Shown here piece by piece: positions 1-8,832 of a DNA stretch of 64,000 nt (positions within the stretch are counted from its first letter, which is position 1; each line of letters opens with the position of its first letter). The DNA is from a virus. Position numbers and translations under genes: made by a program. The stretch lies in IMG/VR virus record IMGVR_UViG_3300044858_003284; one strand, written 5' to 3'. A model generated the notes under the pieces. That model was not told the origin of the DNA and did no database searches. It worked only from the letters and a program-made list of their open reading frames with translations.

Positions 1-2
1 AA

Positions 3-485
3 ACTGATCCAATTTTAAGGCAAGTATTACCAGAATTCGATTTCAAGAATCCACCTGTAAATCCGGAAGAATTTGCTGAATCATTGGCTGAAACTTGTAG
101 GCTGCATCGTGGTATTGGTCTATCTGCCAATCAATGTGGATTTCCTTATCGTGTATTTGTAATGGGTGCTGATGATCAATATGTGGCATATTTTAATCCA
201 AAAATAACAGGACAATCCGAAGAGCAGGTACACATGGTAGAAGGGTGTTTATCTTTTCCATTTTTAGGATTGAGAATTACCAGGCCACAAGAAATTATGG
301 TTGAATACCAAAACTATCACGGTGAAATAAAACACGCAAAATTTAATGGCATATCTGCTCGTTGTTTTCAACATGAGCTTGACCACATGAACGGTATTGT
401 GTATACTAGTCTGACAAAGCCAATGGCTTTACAGTCTGGCATGAATAAAAGAAATAAAATTATGAGAAAGTTGAAACTCAAATAA
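3..485 (+). CDS. def: Peptide deformylase (5' truncated by window edge)
   Basis: Motifs GIGLSANQCG, EGCLS, QHELDH; frame open back to position 3. Confidence 0.95.
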   Translation, partial: TDPILRQVLPEFDFKNPPVNPEEFAESLAETCRLHRGIGLSANQCGFPYRVFVMGADDQYVAYFNPKITGQSEEQVHMVEGCLSFPFLGLRITRPQEIMVEYQNYHGEIKHAKFNGISARCFQHELDHMNGIVYTSLTKPMALQSGMNKRNKIMRKLKLK

Positions 486-1750
486 TGGCAAGAGTAGAAC
501 CTGTAGAAACACAATGGAAACGGTGGACAGAAGATAATCCACCAGATCGATGTCCACATATTGACGAAGAACAACTAATAAAAACTGTTACACAAGATTT
601 AGAATATGCTTCACAAATGGATGTTCGTGAATATACTTTATATCAAAAATGGTGTGAAGTAAAAGAACGGTATCCTGGTACCGCAAGAATGAATATGTTT
701 GGTGAACCAGACGTTGCTTGGAAAGATGATAAGCAAGCGGCAATCATCAATAAAGTCAAAAACAATATTTGGATTCCTAAAGATCCAGATGATTTTCAAA
801 ATTTAGAACCACAAATGTATTTGGCAAATACGAATCGTGTTGATGAATGGAATGCCATAAGAACATTTTCTTCTACAATGAAAAACAATTCTAATATTGG
901 CAGAAATCTATATTACATTGTTAAAGATAGAAAAACCGACAAGTATCTTGGTGTCATCTGTATCTCCTCAGACTTTCTGGATCTCACTCCTAGAGATAAA
1001 GCAATTGGTTGGGATCGAGATGTAAAAACTTCTCAGAACATGATTAATCATACGGCAATTGGTTCAACAATCGTGCCATTACAACCACTTGGTTTTAATT
1101 ATATGGGTGGTAAACTACTCGCATTACTGTGTCTATCAGATAAGGTTCAAAATGATTGGAAGGCAAAATATGGCGATGTGTTGGTAGGAGTCACAACTAC
1201 TTCATTGTATGGAAAAACAAAATCAGGAGGCCTTTCTCAATACGACGGACTTGAACATTGGAATGCCATGGGTTTCTCCTCAGGTTCTGTTGCCTTTGAA
1301 CCAACAAAACAAACCAAACAATTAATTTTTGATTGGATAAAAGAAAAACATCCTCGTAAATATTTTGAATGGTGGGAAGCAAAGAATCCACAAGGATTAC
1401 CACTCAAACGAGACCATAAAAATCGTTCATTACATTTTGCCTATCCAAAACTTGGTATCTCAAAAGACAAAACGAGAACAGAACACCAACGTGGTATCTA
1501 TTTTAGTTATCTCTACAATAACACTAGTGAATTCTTACGAAAAGAAATTACAGAAGATAAACTGGTAAAGGCTTTTGATACCAGTGAAGAAGCATTGACA
1601 AACATCTGGAAAACAAAGTATGCCAAAGGTCGTATTCGGCAACTACAAAAGAAAAATAATGTTTCATATGAAACACTTTTCTATGATGATTTGATTTATT
1701 TAACTTGGGAAGAAACCAAGGCAAAGTATTTGCCACAAGTTGGCAGATAA
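485..1750 (+). CDS. DUF4338/DruA-like protein, probable GNAT (Mom-like) fold; paralog 1
   Basis: VPLQPLGFNYMGGKLLALL and TTSLYG...SQYDG...WNAMGFSSG; clear paralog of 23136..24245. Confidence 0.7.
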   Translation: MARVEPVETQWKRWTEDNPPDRCPHIDEEQLIKTVTQDLEYASQMDVREYTLYQKWCEVKERYPGTARMNMFGEPDVAWKDDKQAAIINKVKNNIWIPKDPDDFQNLEPQMYLANTNRVDEWNAIRTFSSTMKNNSNIGRNLYYIVKDRKTDKYLGVICISSDFLDLTPRDKAIGWDRDVKTSQNMINHTAIGSTIVPLQPLGFNYMGGKLLALLCLSDKVQNDWKAKYGDVLVGVTTTSLYGKTKSGGLSQYDGLEHWNAMGFSSGSVAFEPTKQTKQLIFDWIKEKHPRKYFEWWEAKNPQGLPLKRDHKNRSLHFAYPKLGISKDKTRTEHQRGIYFSYLYNNTSEFLRKEITEDKLVKAFDTSEEALTNIWKTKYAKGRIRQLQKKNNVSYETLFYDDLIYLTWEETKAKYLPQVGR

Positions 1751-1771
1751 CCAAGTATGCCACAAGTATAC

Positions 1772-1801
1772 TTGACATACACACATATATAATGTTATGA
1801 T
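1772..1801 (+). promoter_or_regulatory. sigma70-type promoter
   Basis: TTGACA(1772)-18 bp-TATGAT(1796) with extended TGn. Confidence 0.6.
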
Positions 1802-1856
1802 GTGAGAACTTGCAATACGCAAGGATTTATTTTTAACTATGATTGGAGTTTATATA

Positions 1857-2126
1857 ATGGCTAAGTTATCAGCTAAAGAGCGTATGCTCAATGTATTGAA
1901 GAAGCAAGACGGTTACAACACCTTTACAACTGCTCAAGCACAACGCCGTTTCGGCATCAGCAATGTTTCTGCTCGTATTGACGAGCTACGTCAAGAAGGA
2001 CATTGTATCTATACCAACACTCGCACCGGTACCGATGGACGTAAAGTTCGTTACTATCGTTTAGGCACACCATCTAAAGCATTGGTGCAAGCTGCCTTAC
2101 GTGCTGGATATTCTTTCACAGCCTAA
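1857..2126 (+). CDS. Small winged-helix DNA-binding protein
   Basis: GGAG RBS before ATG 1857; HTH-like FTTAQAQRRFGISNVSARIDELRQEG followed by a beta wing. Confidence 0.7.
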   Translation: MAKLSAKERMLNVLKKQDGYNTFTTAQAQRRFGISNVSARIDELRQEGHCIYTNTRTGTDGRKVRYYRLGTPSKALVQAALRAGYSFTA

Positions 2127-2138
2127 TTTAAGGTTATA

Positions 2139-2169
2139 GGGGAAGTCGTTACCGGCATCCCCTTTTTTT
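2139..2169 (+). terminator. Intrinsic terminator
   Basis: GGGGA-A-GTCG/CGGC-A-TCCCC hairpin followed by T7. Confidence 0.75.
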
Positions 2170-2184
2170 ATTCTCGGAGAACAA

Positions 2185-3003
2185 ATGGAAATTTCAATAA
2201 AAAAAGAGGACTTACAAAAGAAAAGTCTATTCGTGGCCACTCCAATGTATGGTGGCATGAATCATGGCTTATACATGAAAGCGTGTTTAGATTTACAAGG
2301 CATGTGTGTTCAGTATGGCATCAATATTAAATTTTCATTTCTTTTCAACGAATCATTAATCACACGTGCACGAAATTATTTGGTGGATGAATTCATTCAC
2401 CGTTCTGATTGCACACATATGTTGTTTATTGATTCCGACATTCATTTCAATCCACAAGATGTGATCGCCTTGTTGGCCATGGATAAAGATGTTTCTGGTG
2501 GTCCATATCCTAAGAAAGCAATTAAATGGAAATCCGTAAAGACTGCAATCACAAAAAATCCTGAAATCGATCCCTCTATTTTAGAAAAAGTTACTGGTGA
2601 TTACGTGTTTAATCCAGTGAAAGGCACAGCACAGTTTAATGTTACTGAACCACTAGAAGTTTTAGAAATTGGTACAGGCTTCATGATGATTAAACGTGAT
2701 GTGTTTAAGAGAATGGAAGAAGCATATCCAATGATTCGTTATAAACCTGACCATGTAGGACAGGCACACTTTGACGGTACTCGTTACATTCATGCTTTCT
2801 TTGATACAGTTATTGATACGAAAGATAGTATTGTAGGTGGTGGTTCTGATCGTTATCTATCAGAAGATTATATGTTCTGCCAGATGTGGCGTAAGATTGG
2901 TGGCAAGATTCACCTGTGTCCTTGGATGAGAACATCACATATTGGCACGTATCACTTCCAAGGAGATATGCCTGCCGTGGCTAATTTTGTTGGAGAAATG
3001 TAA
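2185..3003 (+). CDS. GT-A fold glycosyltransferase
   Basis: VATPMYGG, SLITRARN, FIDSDI (DxD), SEDYMFC. Confidence 0.8.
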   Translation: MEISIKKEDLQKKSLFVATPMYGGMNHGLYMKACLDLQGMCVQYGINIKFSFLFNESLITRARNYLVDEFIHRSDCTHMLFIDSDIHFNPQDVIALLAMDKDVSGGPYPKKAIKWKSVKTAITKNPEIDPSILEKVTGDYVFNPVKGTAQFNVTEPLEVLEIGTGFMMIKRDVFKRMEEAYPMIRYKPDHVGQAHFDGTRYIHAFFDTVIDTKDSIVGGGSDRYLSEDYMFCQMWRKIGGKIHLCPWMRTSHIGTYHFQGDMPAVANFVGEM

Positions 3004-3299
3004 TGTCAGAAGTAGGTCGTAAATTTGATGGTGGTAAATTAGAATATGGTTTATTACCACCATACGCATTAAAAGAAACAGTTAAAGTATTAACTTTTGG
3101 TGCTCAAAAATATGAACGAGATAACTGGCAAAAAGTGCCAGACTCTAAACGTAGATATTTTGATGCACTACAACGGCATCTATGGGCATGGAAAGAAGGA
3201 GAAGAAGTTGATCCTGAATCTGGTATACATCACTTGGCACACGCAATGTGCTGCTTGATGTTTCTGTATGAACATGATACAATATATTCGAAGCAGTAA
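3003..3299 (+). CDS. dATP/dGTP diphosphohydrolase-domain protein (DUF5664-like)
   Basis: GRKFDGGKLEYGLLP, GAQKYERDNW, DPESGIHHLAHA. Confidence 0.85.
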   Translation: MSEVGRKFDGGKLEYGLLPPYALKETVKVLTFGAQKYERDNWQKVPDSKRRYFDALQRHLWAWKEGEEVDPESGIHHLAHAMCCLMFLYEHDTIYSKQ

Positions 3300-3319
3300 T
3301 TTTTATAATGGAGAAAACA

Positions 3320-3991
3320 ATGAAGTTATCAAATGAAACACTGGCAGTATTGAAGAATTTTTCTACAATCAATCAAGGCATTCAATTCAAGAAAGGCACA
3401 AAACTTACCACAGTATCGGCTGGTAAAACTGTATTGGCCCAAGCCACACTTAAAGATGAGTTTCCACAAGATTTTTGTGTGTATGACCTGAATCAATTCT
3501 TATCGGTACATTCACTACACAAAGATTCTGAATTACAATTTGATGATTCAAATGTTATTTTCAAATCTGGTCGTTCTAGTACCAAGTATCGTAAGACAGC
3601 AAAAGAAATGATTGTTGTACCACCAGAAAAAGAATTAACTTTGCCTTCTAAAGATGTTGCCTTTACTCTAACAGAAGAAGATTATGCCAACATTATGAAA
3701 ACGGCTAGCGTTCTGAGTTCACCTCATATTGCTGTTGAATCTGATGGTGAATCTGTTCAACTAAGTGCATTTGATGCGTTTGATGATTCTGCTCATACAA
3801 ACTATATTCAAGTTGCTGAAGGTGATGGTAAGAAATACAAGGTCGTATTCAAAACAGAAAACATCAAATTGATTCCTGGAAGTTATGCTGTTGAGATTTC
3901 ATTCAAAGGTATTAGTCATTTCAAAAACACGAAAGACGAAATTGAATATTGGATCGCCATCGAACCAAAAGAATCAAAGATTGGAGAATAA
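3320..3991 (+). CDS. gp45: Sliding clamp
   Basis: MKLSNETLAVLKNFSTINQGI N-terminus; upstream of clamp loader. Confidence 0.92.
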   Translation: MKLSNETLAVLKNFSTINQGIQFKKGTKLTTVSAGKTVLAQATLKDEFPQDFCVYDLNQFLSVHSLHKDSELQFDDSNVIFKSGRSSTKYRKTAKEMIVVPPEKELTLPSKDVAFTLTEEDYANIMKTASVLSSPHIAVESDGESVQLSAFDAFDDSAHTNYIQVAEGDGKKYKVVFKTENIKLIPGSYAVEISFKGISHFKNTKDEIEYWIAIEPKESKIGE

Positions 3992-3992
3992 T

Positions 3993-4181
3993 ATGTTAGT
4001 CAATTTTAATGATAGTGTTACTAATGAATCTGTTGCCGTTAACCTGTCCAATCTTGTTTGTGTGTTTACAGTCAAAGAAGAAGGCGTTGAGAAAACCATT
4101 CTCAATATGATTAACGGTAATATTGCTGTAAAAGAAAATTACCTAGAAGTTGTTGGCAGAATCAATGCCGAAATGAAATGA
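3993..4181 (+). CDS. Hypothetical protein
   Basis: GGAG RBS and ATG at 3993, fills the gap. Confidence 0.6.
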   Translation: MLVNFNDSVTNESVAVNLSNLVCVFTVKEEGVEKTILNMINGNIAVKENYLEVVGRINAEMK

Positions 4182-4235
4182 TTTTATTGAAAGTAGTAGA
4201 AGTGTTGAGAGTTAATTATATTATGGGAGTGTTAA

Positions 4236-5171
4236 ATGGAACATTTATTGTGGGTCGAAAAGTATCGTCCAAAGACGATTGAAGATTGTATTCTTCCAGA
4301 TGCGATCAAGGAAACTTTTCAGGAGTTCGTTAAGAGAAAGGAGATACCAAATCTTCTTTTATCTGGTACGGCAGGTGTCGGAAAAACAACTGTTGCTAAA
4401 GCATTGTGCAACGAGGTTGGTTGCGATTTTATTATCATCAATGGCTCTGATGAGTCTGGCATTGATGTCCTCCGTAACAAAATTAAGAACTATGCTTCTT
4501 CAATGTCGCTCATGGGTGGCAGAAAAGTTGTCATCATTGATGAGGCTGATTATCTCAATCCTAATTCAACTCAACCTGCTCTACGAGGAGCCATTGAAGA
4601 ATTTGCCTCAAACTGCTCGTTCATTTTCACTTGTAATTTCAAAAATCGGATCATCGATCCGATCCATTCCCGTTGTTCTGTTATCGACTTTAAGATCAAC
4701 GGTTCTAAACCAAAGCTGGCGGCACAGTTTTTTAAACGGGTTGAAAACATCCTTTCACAAGAGGGAATCAAATACTCCAAAGACGTTGTTGCCGCCGTCA
4801 TCACCAAACACTTTCCTGATAATCGAAGAATTCTTAATGAGCTTCAGCGATACTCGGTTTCTGGCTCCATTGATTCTGGTATTCTTTCTAATGTTGCTGA
4901 TATTCAACTTGAAGCCCTAATCAAAGCACTTAAAGAAAAAGATTTTGCTTCTGCTCGTAAGTGGGTCACCAATAATCTCGACAATGATCCTGTAAAAATC
5001 TATCGTAAACTATACGATGGTTTATATGATGTTCTTGATGCTAGTGCTGTACCACAACTAGTTCTTATCCTCGCCAAATATCAATATCAATCAGCTTTTG
5101 TGGCTGACCACGAAATTAATATGACGGCTTGTTTAACTGAAATTATGGTAGATTGTGAGTTCAAAAAATGA
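4236..5171 (+). CDS. gp44: Clamp loader large subunit (AAA+)
   Basis: WVEKYRP, GTAGVGKT, IIDEAD, SRC. Confidence 0.97.
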   Translation: MEHLLWVEKYRPKTIEDCILPDAIKETFQEFVKRKEIPNLLLSGTAGVGKTTVAKALCNEVGCDFIIINGSDESGIDVLRNKIKNYASSMSLMGGRKVVIIDEADYLNPNSTQPALRGAIEEFASNCSFIFTCNFKNRIIDPIHSRCSVIDFKINGSKPKLAAQFFKRVENILSQEGIKYSKDVVAAVITKHFPDNRRILNELQRYSVSGSIDSGILSNVADIQLEALIKALKEKDFASARKWVTNNLDNDPVKIYRKLYDGLYDVLDASAVPQLVLILAKYQYQSAFVADHEINMTACLTEIMVDCEFKK

Positions 5172-5647
5172 TATTTGATAAAGATAAAATGAAAAGTTTA
5201 GGTGACATCGGTGAAAAAATTGCAATTGCTCACTACAGCGCACTAGGACATAAAGTTGTGCCTTCATATAACCCTTATGATAGTCAAAAAGATTTATTGG
5301 TTGATGGAAAAAGATATGAAGTAAAAACACAACAACCTCATGTTAAATTGAAATCATTAACATTTCGTCCTAATCAATTACCAAAATGTGGAAATAAAGA
5401 AACACAATTAGTTTTTGTCACAGCAGAATCTTCATTTAGTCCTACCTATAGATGGAATAATTGTTTTTTTGAGGTTGATTCTAATTTTAATTATTTTTCT
5501 TATAAAACAAAAGAAGGTGTGGATATGTTAGCTATTCCGATAGATCAACCAGCTGTTCGTTTTATTAAAAAACTTGATAAAGATGCAGTTCATGAGTTAA
5601 AAAAACAAGCACAATCAAACTATAAAGATGGCAAAAGAAAGTATTAA
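5168..5647 (+). CDS. PD-(D/E)xK nuclease-like protein inserted between clamp loader genes
   Basis: GDIGEKIA...KDLLVDGKRYEVKT pattern. Confidence 0.6.
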   Translation: MIFDKDKMKSLGDIGEKIAIAHYSALGHKVVPSYNPYDSQKDLLVDGKRYEVKTQQPHVKLKSLTFRPNQLPKCGNKETQLVFVTAESSFSPTYRWNNCFFEVDSNFNYFSYKTKEGVDMLAIPIDQPAVRFIKKLDKDAVHELKKQAQSNYKDGKRKY

Positions 5648-5649
5648 TA

Positions 5650-6039
5650 ATGCCTGATTTATTCAAAGAGATTCTTCCGTCCATACTAGAGAAGAAAAAA
5701 AGTGTATTTCAAGATGAATATGATTATAAAGAATATAATCCATATATCATCAACCGAGCTTTGTCGTACCACATGGATTGTATTCTGTATGTCAATGAAT
5801 TAAATAAGAATCCTAGTCTTGATAAGGACTTACAATATTCATATCTTCTAAATACCATAAGACCGATGAAACGGAAATTTCAACCGTGGCAGAAATCAGA
5901 GGTCAACAAAGATATAGAATGTGTCAAACAATATTTTGGTTACTCCAATGAGAAGGCCAAAGAAGCTTTGCGTATTCTTAATGATGAACAGATCGCTGAA
6001 ATAAAAGCAAAAACAAATAAAGGCGGAGTGACAAAGTAA
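5650..6039 (+). CDS. gp62: Clamp loader small subunit
   Basis: YNPYIINRALSY...VKQYFGYSNEKAKEAL; synteny gp44-gp62-regA. Confidence 0.9.
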   Translation: MPDLFKEILPSILEKKKSVFQDEYDYKEYNPYIINRALSYHMDCILYVNELNKNPSLDKDLQYSYLLNTIRPMKRKFQPWQKSEVNKDIECVKQYFGYSNEKAKEALRILNDEQIAEIKAKTNKGGVTK

Positions 6040-6446
6040 TGATTTCAATTATAGATTTAGTTGAAGTTACATTAGGTGAAAAAGATGATTTCCTGAAGGT
6101 CCGTGAAACTCTAACACGTATCGGTGTAGCTTCCAAAAAAGAAAAGATTCTCTACCAGTCCTGTCATATATTACATAAACAGAGCAGGTATTACATAGTG
6201 CATTTCAAAGAACTATTTGCTTTAGATGGTAAACCAACAGATATTACTGAGAATGATTTATCTCGTAGGAATGCCATAGCAAAACTATTGGAAGACTGGG
6301 GACTGGTAAAAATACTAGATAAAAGTAAGGTAGAAAACCCACCTCCAATCTTCTTATCACAAATTAAGATCATCTCTCATAAAGAAAAAGATGATTGGAA
6401 TTTGGTACCCAAGTATAATATTGGTAAAAAACCAGGAGCCTATTGA
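6039..6446 (+). CDS. regA: Translational repressor RegA
   Basis: DDFLKVRETLTRIG, LYQSCHILHK, VHFKELF. Confidence 0.97.
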   Translation: MISIIDLVEVTLGEKDDFLKVRETLTRIGVASKKEKILYQSCHILHKQSRYYIVHFKELFALDGKPTDITENDLSRRNAIAKLLEDWGLVKILDKSKVENPPPIFLSQIKIISHKEKDDWNLVPKYNIGKKPGAY

Positions 6447-6473
6447 CAAAATAGGCTTTTTGTGTTATAAATA
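6437..6473 (+). promoter_or_regulatory. Terminator hairpin overlapping a sigma70 -35, plus T4 late box
   Basis: AGCCTATT/AATAGGCT+T run; TTGACA(6443)-17 bp-TATAAA; TATAAATA at 6466-6473. Confidence 0.7.
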
Positions 6474-6511
6474 TGGATGTAGGTGCCTCAGGGGCCTATA
6501 ATTTTGATAAA

Positions 6512-6528
6512 CTCGCTTAACTAAGGAG
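6512..6528 (+). promoter_or_regulatory. ROSE-like RNA thermometer hairpin over hsp20 RBS
   Basis: CUC(G)CUU pairs with AAGGAG leaving a bulged G. Confidence 0.55.
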
Positions 6529-6536
6529 CATTAAAC

Positions 6537-7001
6537 ATGACTACAAGTCTATTACCAAGTCTATTTGACTTTCACAAAACGTTGGATCCATTCACAGTTG
6601 GTTACGATAAATTCTTCAAAGATATCGAAGAAGTTACCAAAAATGTAGCCAAGAATGTACCATCGTATCCTCCATACAATATCAAACAAGTAAGCAAAAA
6701 CAAGTATGTCATTGAAATGGCAGTTGCTGGTTTTGCCAAGTCTGATATTGAAATCACACTTGAAGGTAATAAATTGGTCATCAAAGGTGCTGCAAAAGAA
6801 AATGATCTTAAATCGGATGAAAACTTCCTTTTTAAGGGAATTGCTAACCGTGACTTCACACGTTCTTTTACCATCGCTGACAAGATTGAAATCGGTCAAG
6901 CTGAAATGGTAAATGGTATGTTACGTGTCTGGTTGGAAAATCTTGTGCAAACTCAAGATACCATTAAAAAGATTGCCATTAAGGAAAAGAAAGATGACTA
7001 A
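6537..7001 (+). CDS. Small heat shock protein Hsp20 (IbpA-like)
   Basis: SYPPYNI, IEMAVAGF, KGIANRDFTRSF, NGML. Confidence 0.95.
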   Translation: MTTSLLPSLFDFHKTLDPFTVGYDKFFKDIEEVTKNVAKNVPSYPPYNIKQVSKNKYVIEMAVAGFAKSDIEITLEGNKLVIKGAAKENDLKSDENFLFKGIANRDFTRSFTIADKIEIGQAEMVNGMLRVWLENLVQTQDTIKKIAIKEKKDD

Positions 7002-7059
7002 CTGGTGGCCTGTCTCCGATGAGGAATGGGAACAGTTGAATTATCCAAAAAGTCGGTAA
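6994..7059 (+). CDS. 21-aa peptide MTNWWPVSDEEWEQLNYPKSR
   Basis: AAGGA RBS, start overlaps hsp20 end, ends just before hairpin. Confidence 0.45.
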   Translation: MTNWWPVSDEEWEQLNYPKSR

Positions 7060-7063
7060 ACAT

Positions 7064-7102
7064 ATAGGGGGTCTTGACAACCCCCTATTCTTGTGATACA
7101 AT
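7064..7102 (+). promoter_or_regulatory. Hairpin with -35 in the loop plus sigma70 promoter
   Basis: ATAGGGGGT/ACCCCCTAT around TTGACA(7074); 17 bp; TGnTACAAT. Confidence 0.75.
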
Positions 7103-7112
7103 ATATTATATT

Positions 7113-7295
7113 ATGAAAAAAGTGAAACCAATTATTCGTAAGGTTCGTTCTAAGACGAACTTTGATATCTACTACACTTCTTCTTTATGGGAAAATAAAG
7201 AAATCGAAGGTGTAACTTTTATTCCAGTAACCAAAGATGTTAATACAAAGCAGATTCACTATCTGCGTAAAGATAATGTGGAGTTTGTAAAATGA
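7113..7295 (+). CDS. Hypothetical protein
   Basis: ATG downstream of promoter. Confidence 0.6.
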   Translation: MKKVKPIIRKVRSKTNFDIYYTSSLWENKEIEGVTFIPVTKDVNTKQIHYLRKDNVEFVK

Positions 7296-7522
7296 GTTTT
7301 TTAAATCAACATCAATTGATTACTAATCAAAAACGAATTTTTGATCCAAAGAATAAGAAAGATGTGGAGTTGTTTAAAACATTTCTTTCAGAGAATAAAT
7401 GGGGTGGGCCTTGTCCATTCTTTTTAGAAGAACCTTATCTAAACATTCCTGATATGCTAAAAGATCGATATATCAGAAGTCAGTTGAATATTCCACAACC
7501 AGTTGTTGAGATGTTAAAATGA
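7292..7522 (+). CDS. Hypothetical protein
   Basis: Coupled ORF, WGGPCPFFLEEPY. Confidence 0.65.
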   Translation: MSFLNQHQLITNQKRIFDPKNKKDVELFKTFLSENKWGGPCPFFLEEPYLNIPDMLKDRYIRSQLNIPQPVVEMLK

Positions 7523-7692
7523 AATGGTTAAGATATTCTGGTTGTAATATTACATTGAAACTAAATCCGTTTCATTGGAGATTACATTTTAGTAAAGGTA
7601 GTGATAATGATGCATGGGAAATATCGACATCTTATATTGTTGAATTACTACCCATCACAATTCGAATATGGATCGATGACGGATCGTGGTAA
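7519..7692 (+). CDS. Hypothetical protein (57 aa)
   Basis: ATGA overlap; MKWLRYSG...IWIDDGSW. Confidence 0.6.
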   Translation: MKWLRYSGCNITLKLNPFHWRLHFSKGSDNDAWEISTSYIVELLPITIRIWIDDGSW

Positions 7693-7699
7693 CCAATTA

Positions 7700-7776
7700 G
7701 GGCCGTTAGCTCAGTTGGTTAGAGCAGAGGACTCATAATCCTTTGGTCGTAGGTTCGAGTCCTACACGGCCCACCA
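7700..7776 (+). tRNA. tRNA with CAT anticodon, probably Ile2 (lysidine type); Met not excluded
   Basis: Full cloverleaf GGGCCGT/ACGGCCC, CTCATAA loop, encoded CCA; C4-G69 and C5-G68 as in Ile2. Confidence 0.9.
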
Positions 7777-7781
7777 AAACT

Positions 7782-8228
7782 ATGAAACAAAAATTTATTG
7801 ACGCTTATATGGATGTGGCAGAAAGATTTGCCAAACTATCATCCGCCAAACGATTACAAGTTGGTGCTATCATTGTCAAAAATGATAGAATCATATCTAT
7901 TGGTTACAATGGTATGCCTGCCGGATGGACCAATGAGTGTGAAGAAGTGGTAGAAATACATGAAGATGGCGGAGTTATCACCAAAACCAAGGACGAAGTG
8001 ATTCACGCAGAGGCCAATGCCATCGCCAAACTGGCTAAAGGCAGTGAATCTGGAGATGGTTCCACCATGTTCCTGACCCATGCTCCTTGTATTCATTGTG
8101 CCAAACAAGTCTATACCGCTGGTATTAAAAAAGTATATTACCGAAAATCTTATCGGGATACCATCGGCCTAGACTTCTTAAACAAATGTGGTGTTGAAGT
8201 AGAACAAATTTCACCTGGTGAAATCTAG
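7782..8228 (+). CDS. cd: dCMP deaminase
   Basis: GYNG, HAEANA, PCIHC. Confidence 0.93.
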   Translation: MKQKFIDAYMDVAERFAKLSSAKRLQVGAIIVKNDRIISIGYNGMPAGWTNECEEVVEIHEDGGVITKTKDEVIHAEANAIAKLAKGSESGDGSTMFLTHAPCIHCAKQVYTAGIKKVYYRKSYRDTIGLDFLNKCGVEVEQISPGEI

Positions 8229-8278
8229 AGAGCACCTAAATATTTGAGAAGTGTCGGTTTTCACAGGAGAAACCTCAG

Positions 8279-8815
8279 ATGCAACTCAGTATCATCGGAT
8301 GTCCCGATAAGAAACGCTTTCGTCCTTACGTCAGGCGAGCGGCTATGTTTTATGCTGAACAATTAATGACACCAAAGATGTTGGAAAATATCTTTGTTCG
8401 GATTAAGTTTGACTCTAAAATAGACGCTTTAGGTTATGCAGACGTTATTAATTATAATGAAAGCAATAAACCTAGAGAATTTCAGATTGAATTAAATCCT
8501 ATAGCTGGTTCACATGACATATTGGAAACATTAGCTCATGAAATGGTTCATGTTAAACAGTATGCGTATGGTGAAACAAATGAATATGGCACTCGTTGGA
8601 GAGGCCAAAGAATTACCGAAAATATAGATTATTATGATGAACCATGGGAAATAGAGGCATATGGTGTGTCAATCGGTTTGTTTAGTAAATTTGCCATTAA
8701 AGAAAAGTTATGGGAAGTGTTTGCAGATATACGGAATCCGGATGCACCATTATTACCAGAGCCAATAGCATGGCGAAATATACCACAAATATCTATTGAC
8801 AATCAACCTATATAA
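8279..8815 (+). CDS. Zincin-like (HExxH) protein
   Basis: TLAHEMVHVKQ and PWEIEAY. Confidence 0.7.
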   Translation: MQLSIIGCPDKKRFRPYVRRAAMFYAEQLMTPKMLENIFVRIKFDSKIDALGYADVINYNESNKPREFQIELNPIAGSHDILETLAHEMVHVKQYAYGETNEYGTRWRGQRITENIDYYDEPWEIEAYGVSIGLFSKFAIKEKLWEVFADIRNPDAPLLPEPIAWRNIPQISIDNQPI

Positions 8816-8824
8816 TGTTACAAT
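8796..8824 (+). promoter_or_regulatory. sigma70 promoter directly upstream of atypical tRNA-Gly
   Basis: TTGACA(8796)-17 bp-TACAAT(8819), TGn extension. Confidence 0.75.
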
Positions 8825-8832
8825 CTTTATAT

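Noticed and set aside
485-1750. Druantia defence system
   Set aside because: No DruE-type helicase or other Dru genes; the context is a phage replication module
3003-3299. 2-aminoadenine (Z) genome pathway
   Set aside because: No purZ or datZ visible in this window
4279-4920. 213-aa +1 frame ORF inside gp44
   Set aside because: No RBS at a start codon and no motif; avoidance of NTA codons in gp44 can explain a stop-free +1 frame. Not fully excluded.
7743-7781. 5' extension of dCMP deaminase in the ORF track
   Set aside because: Overlaps the tRNA; ATG 7782 is the plausible start
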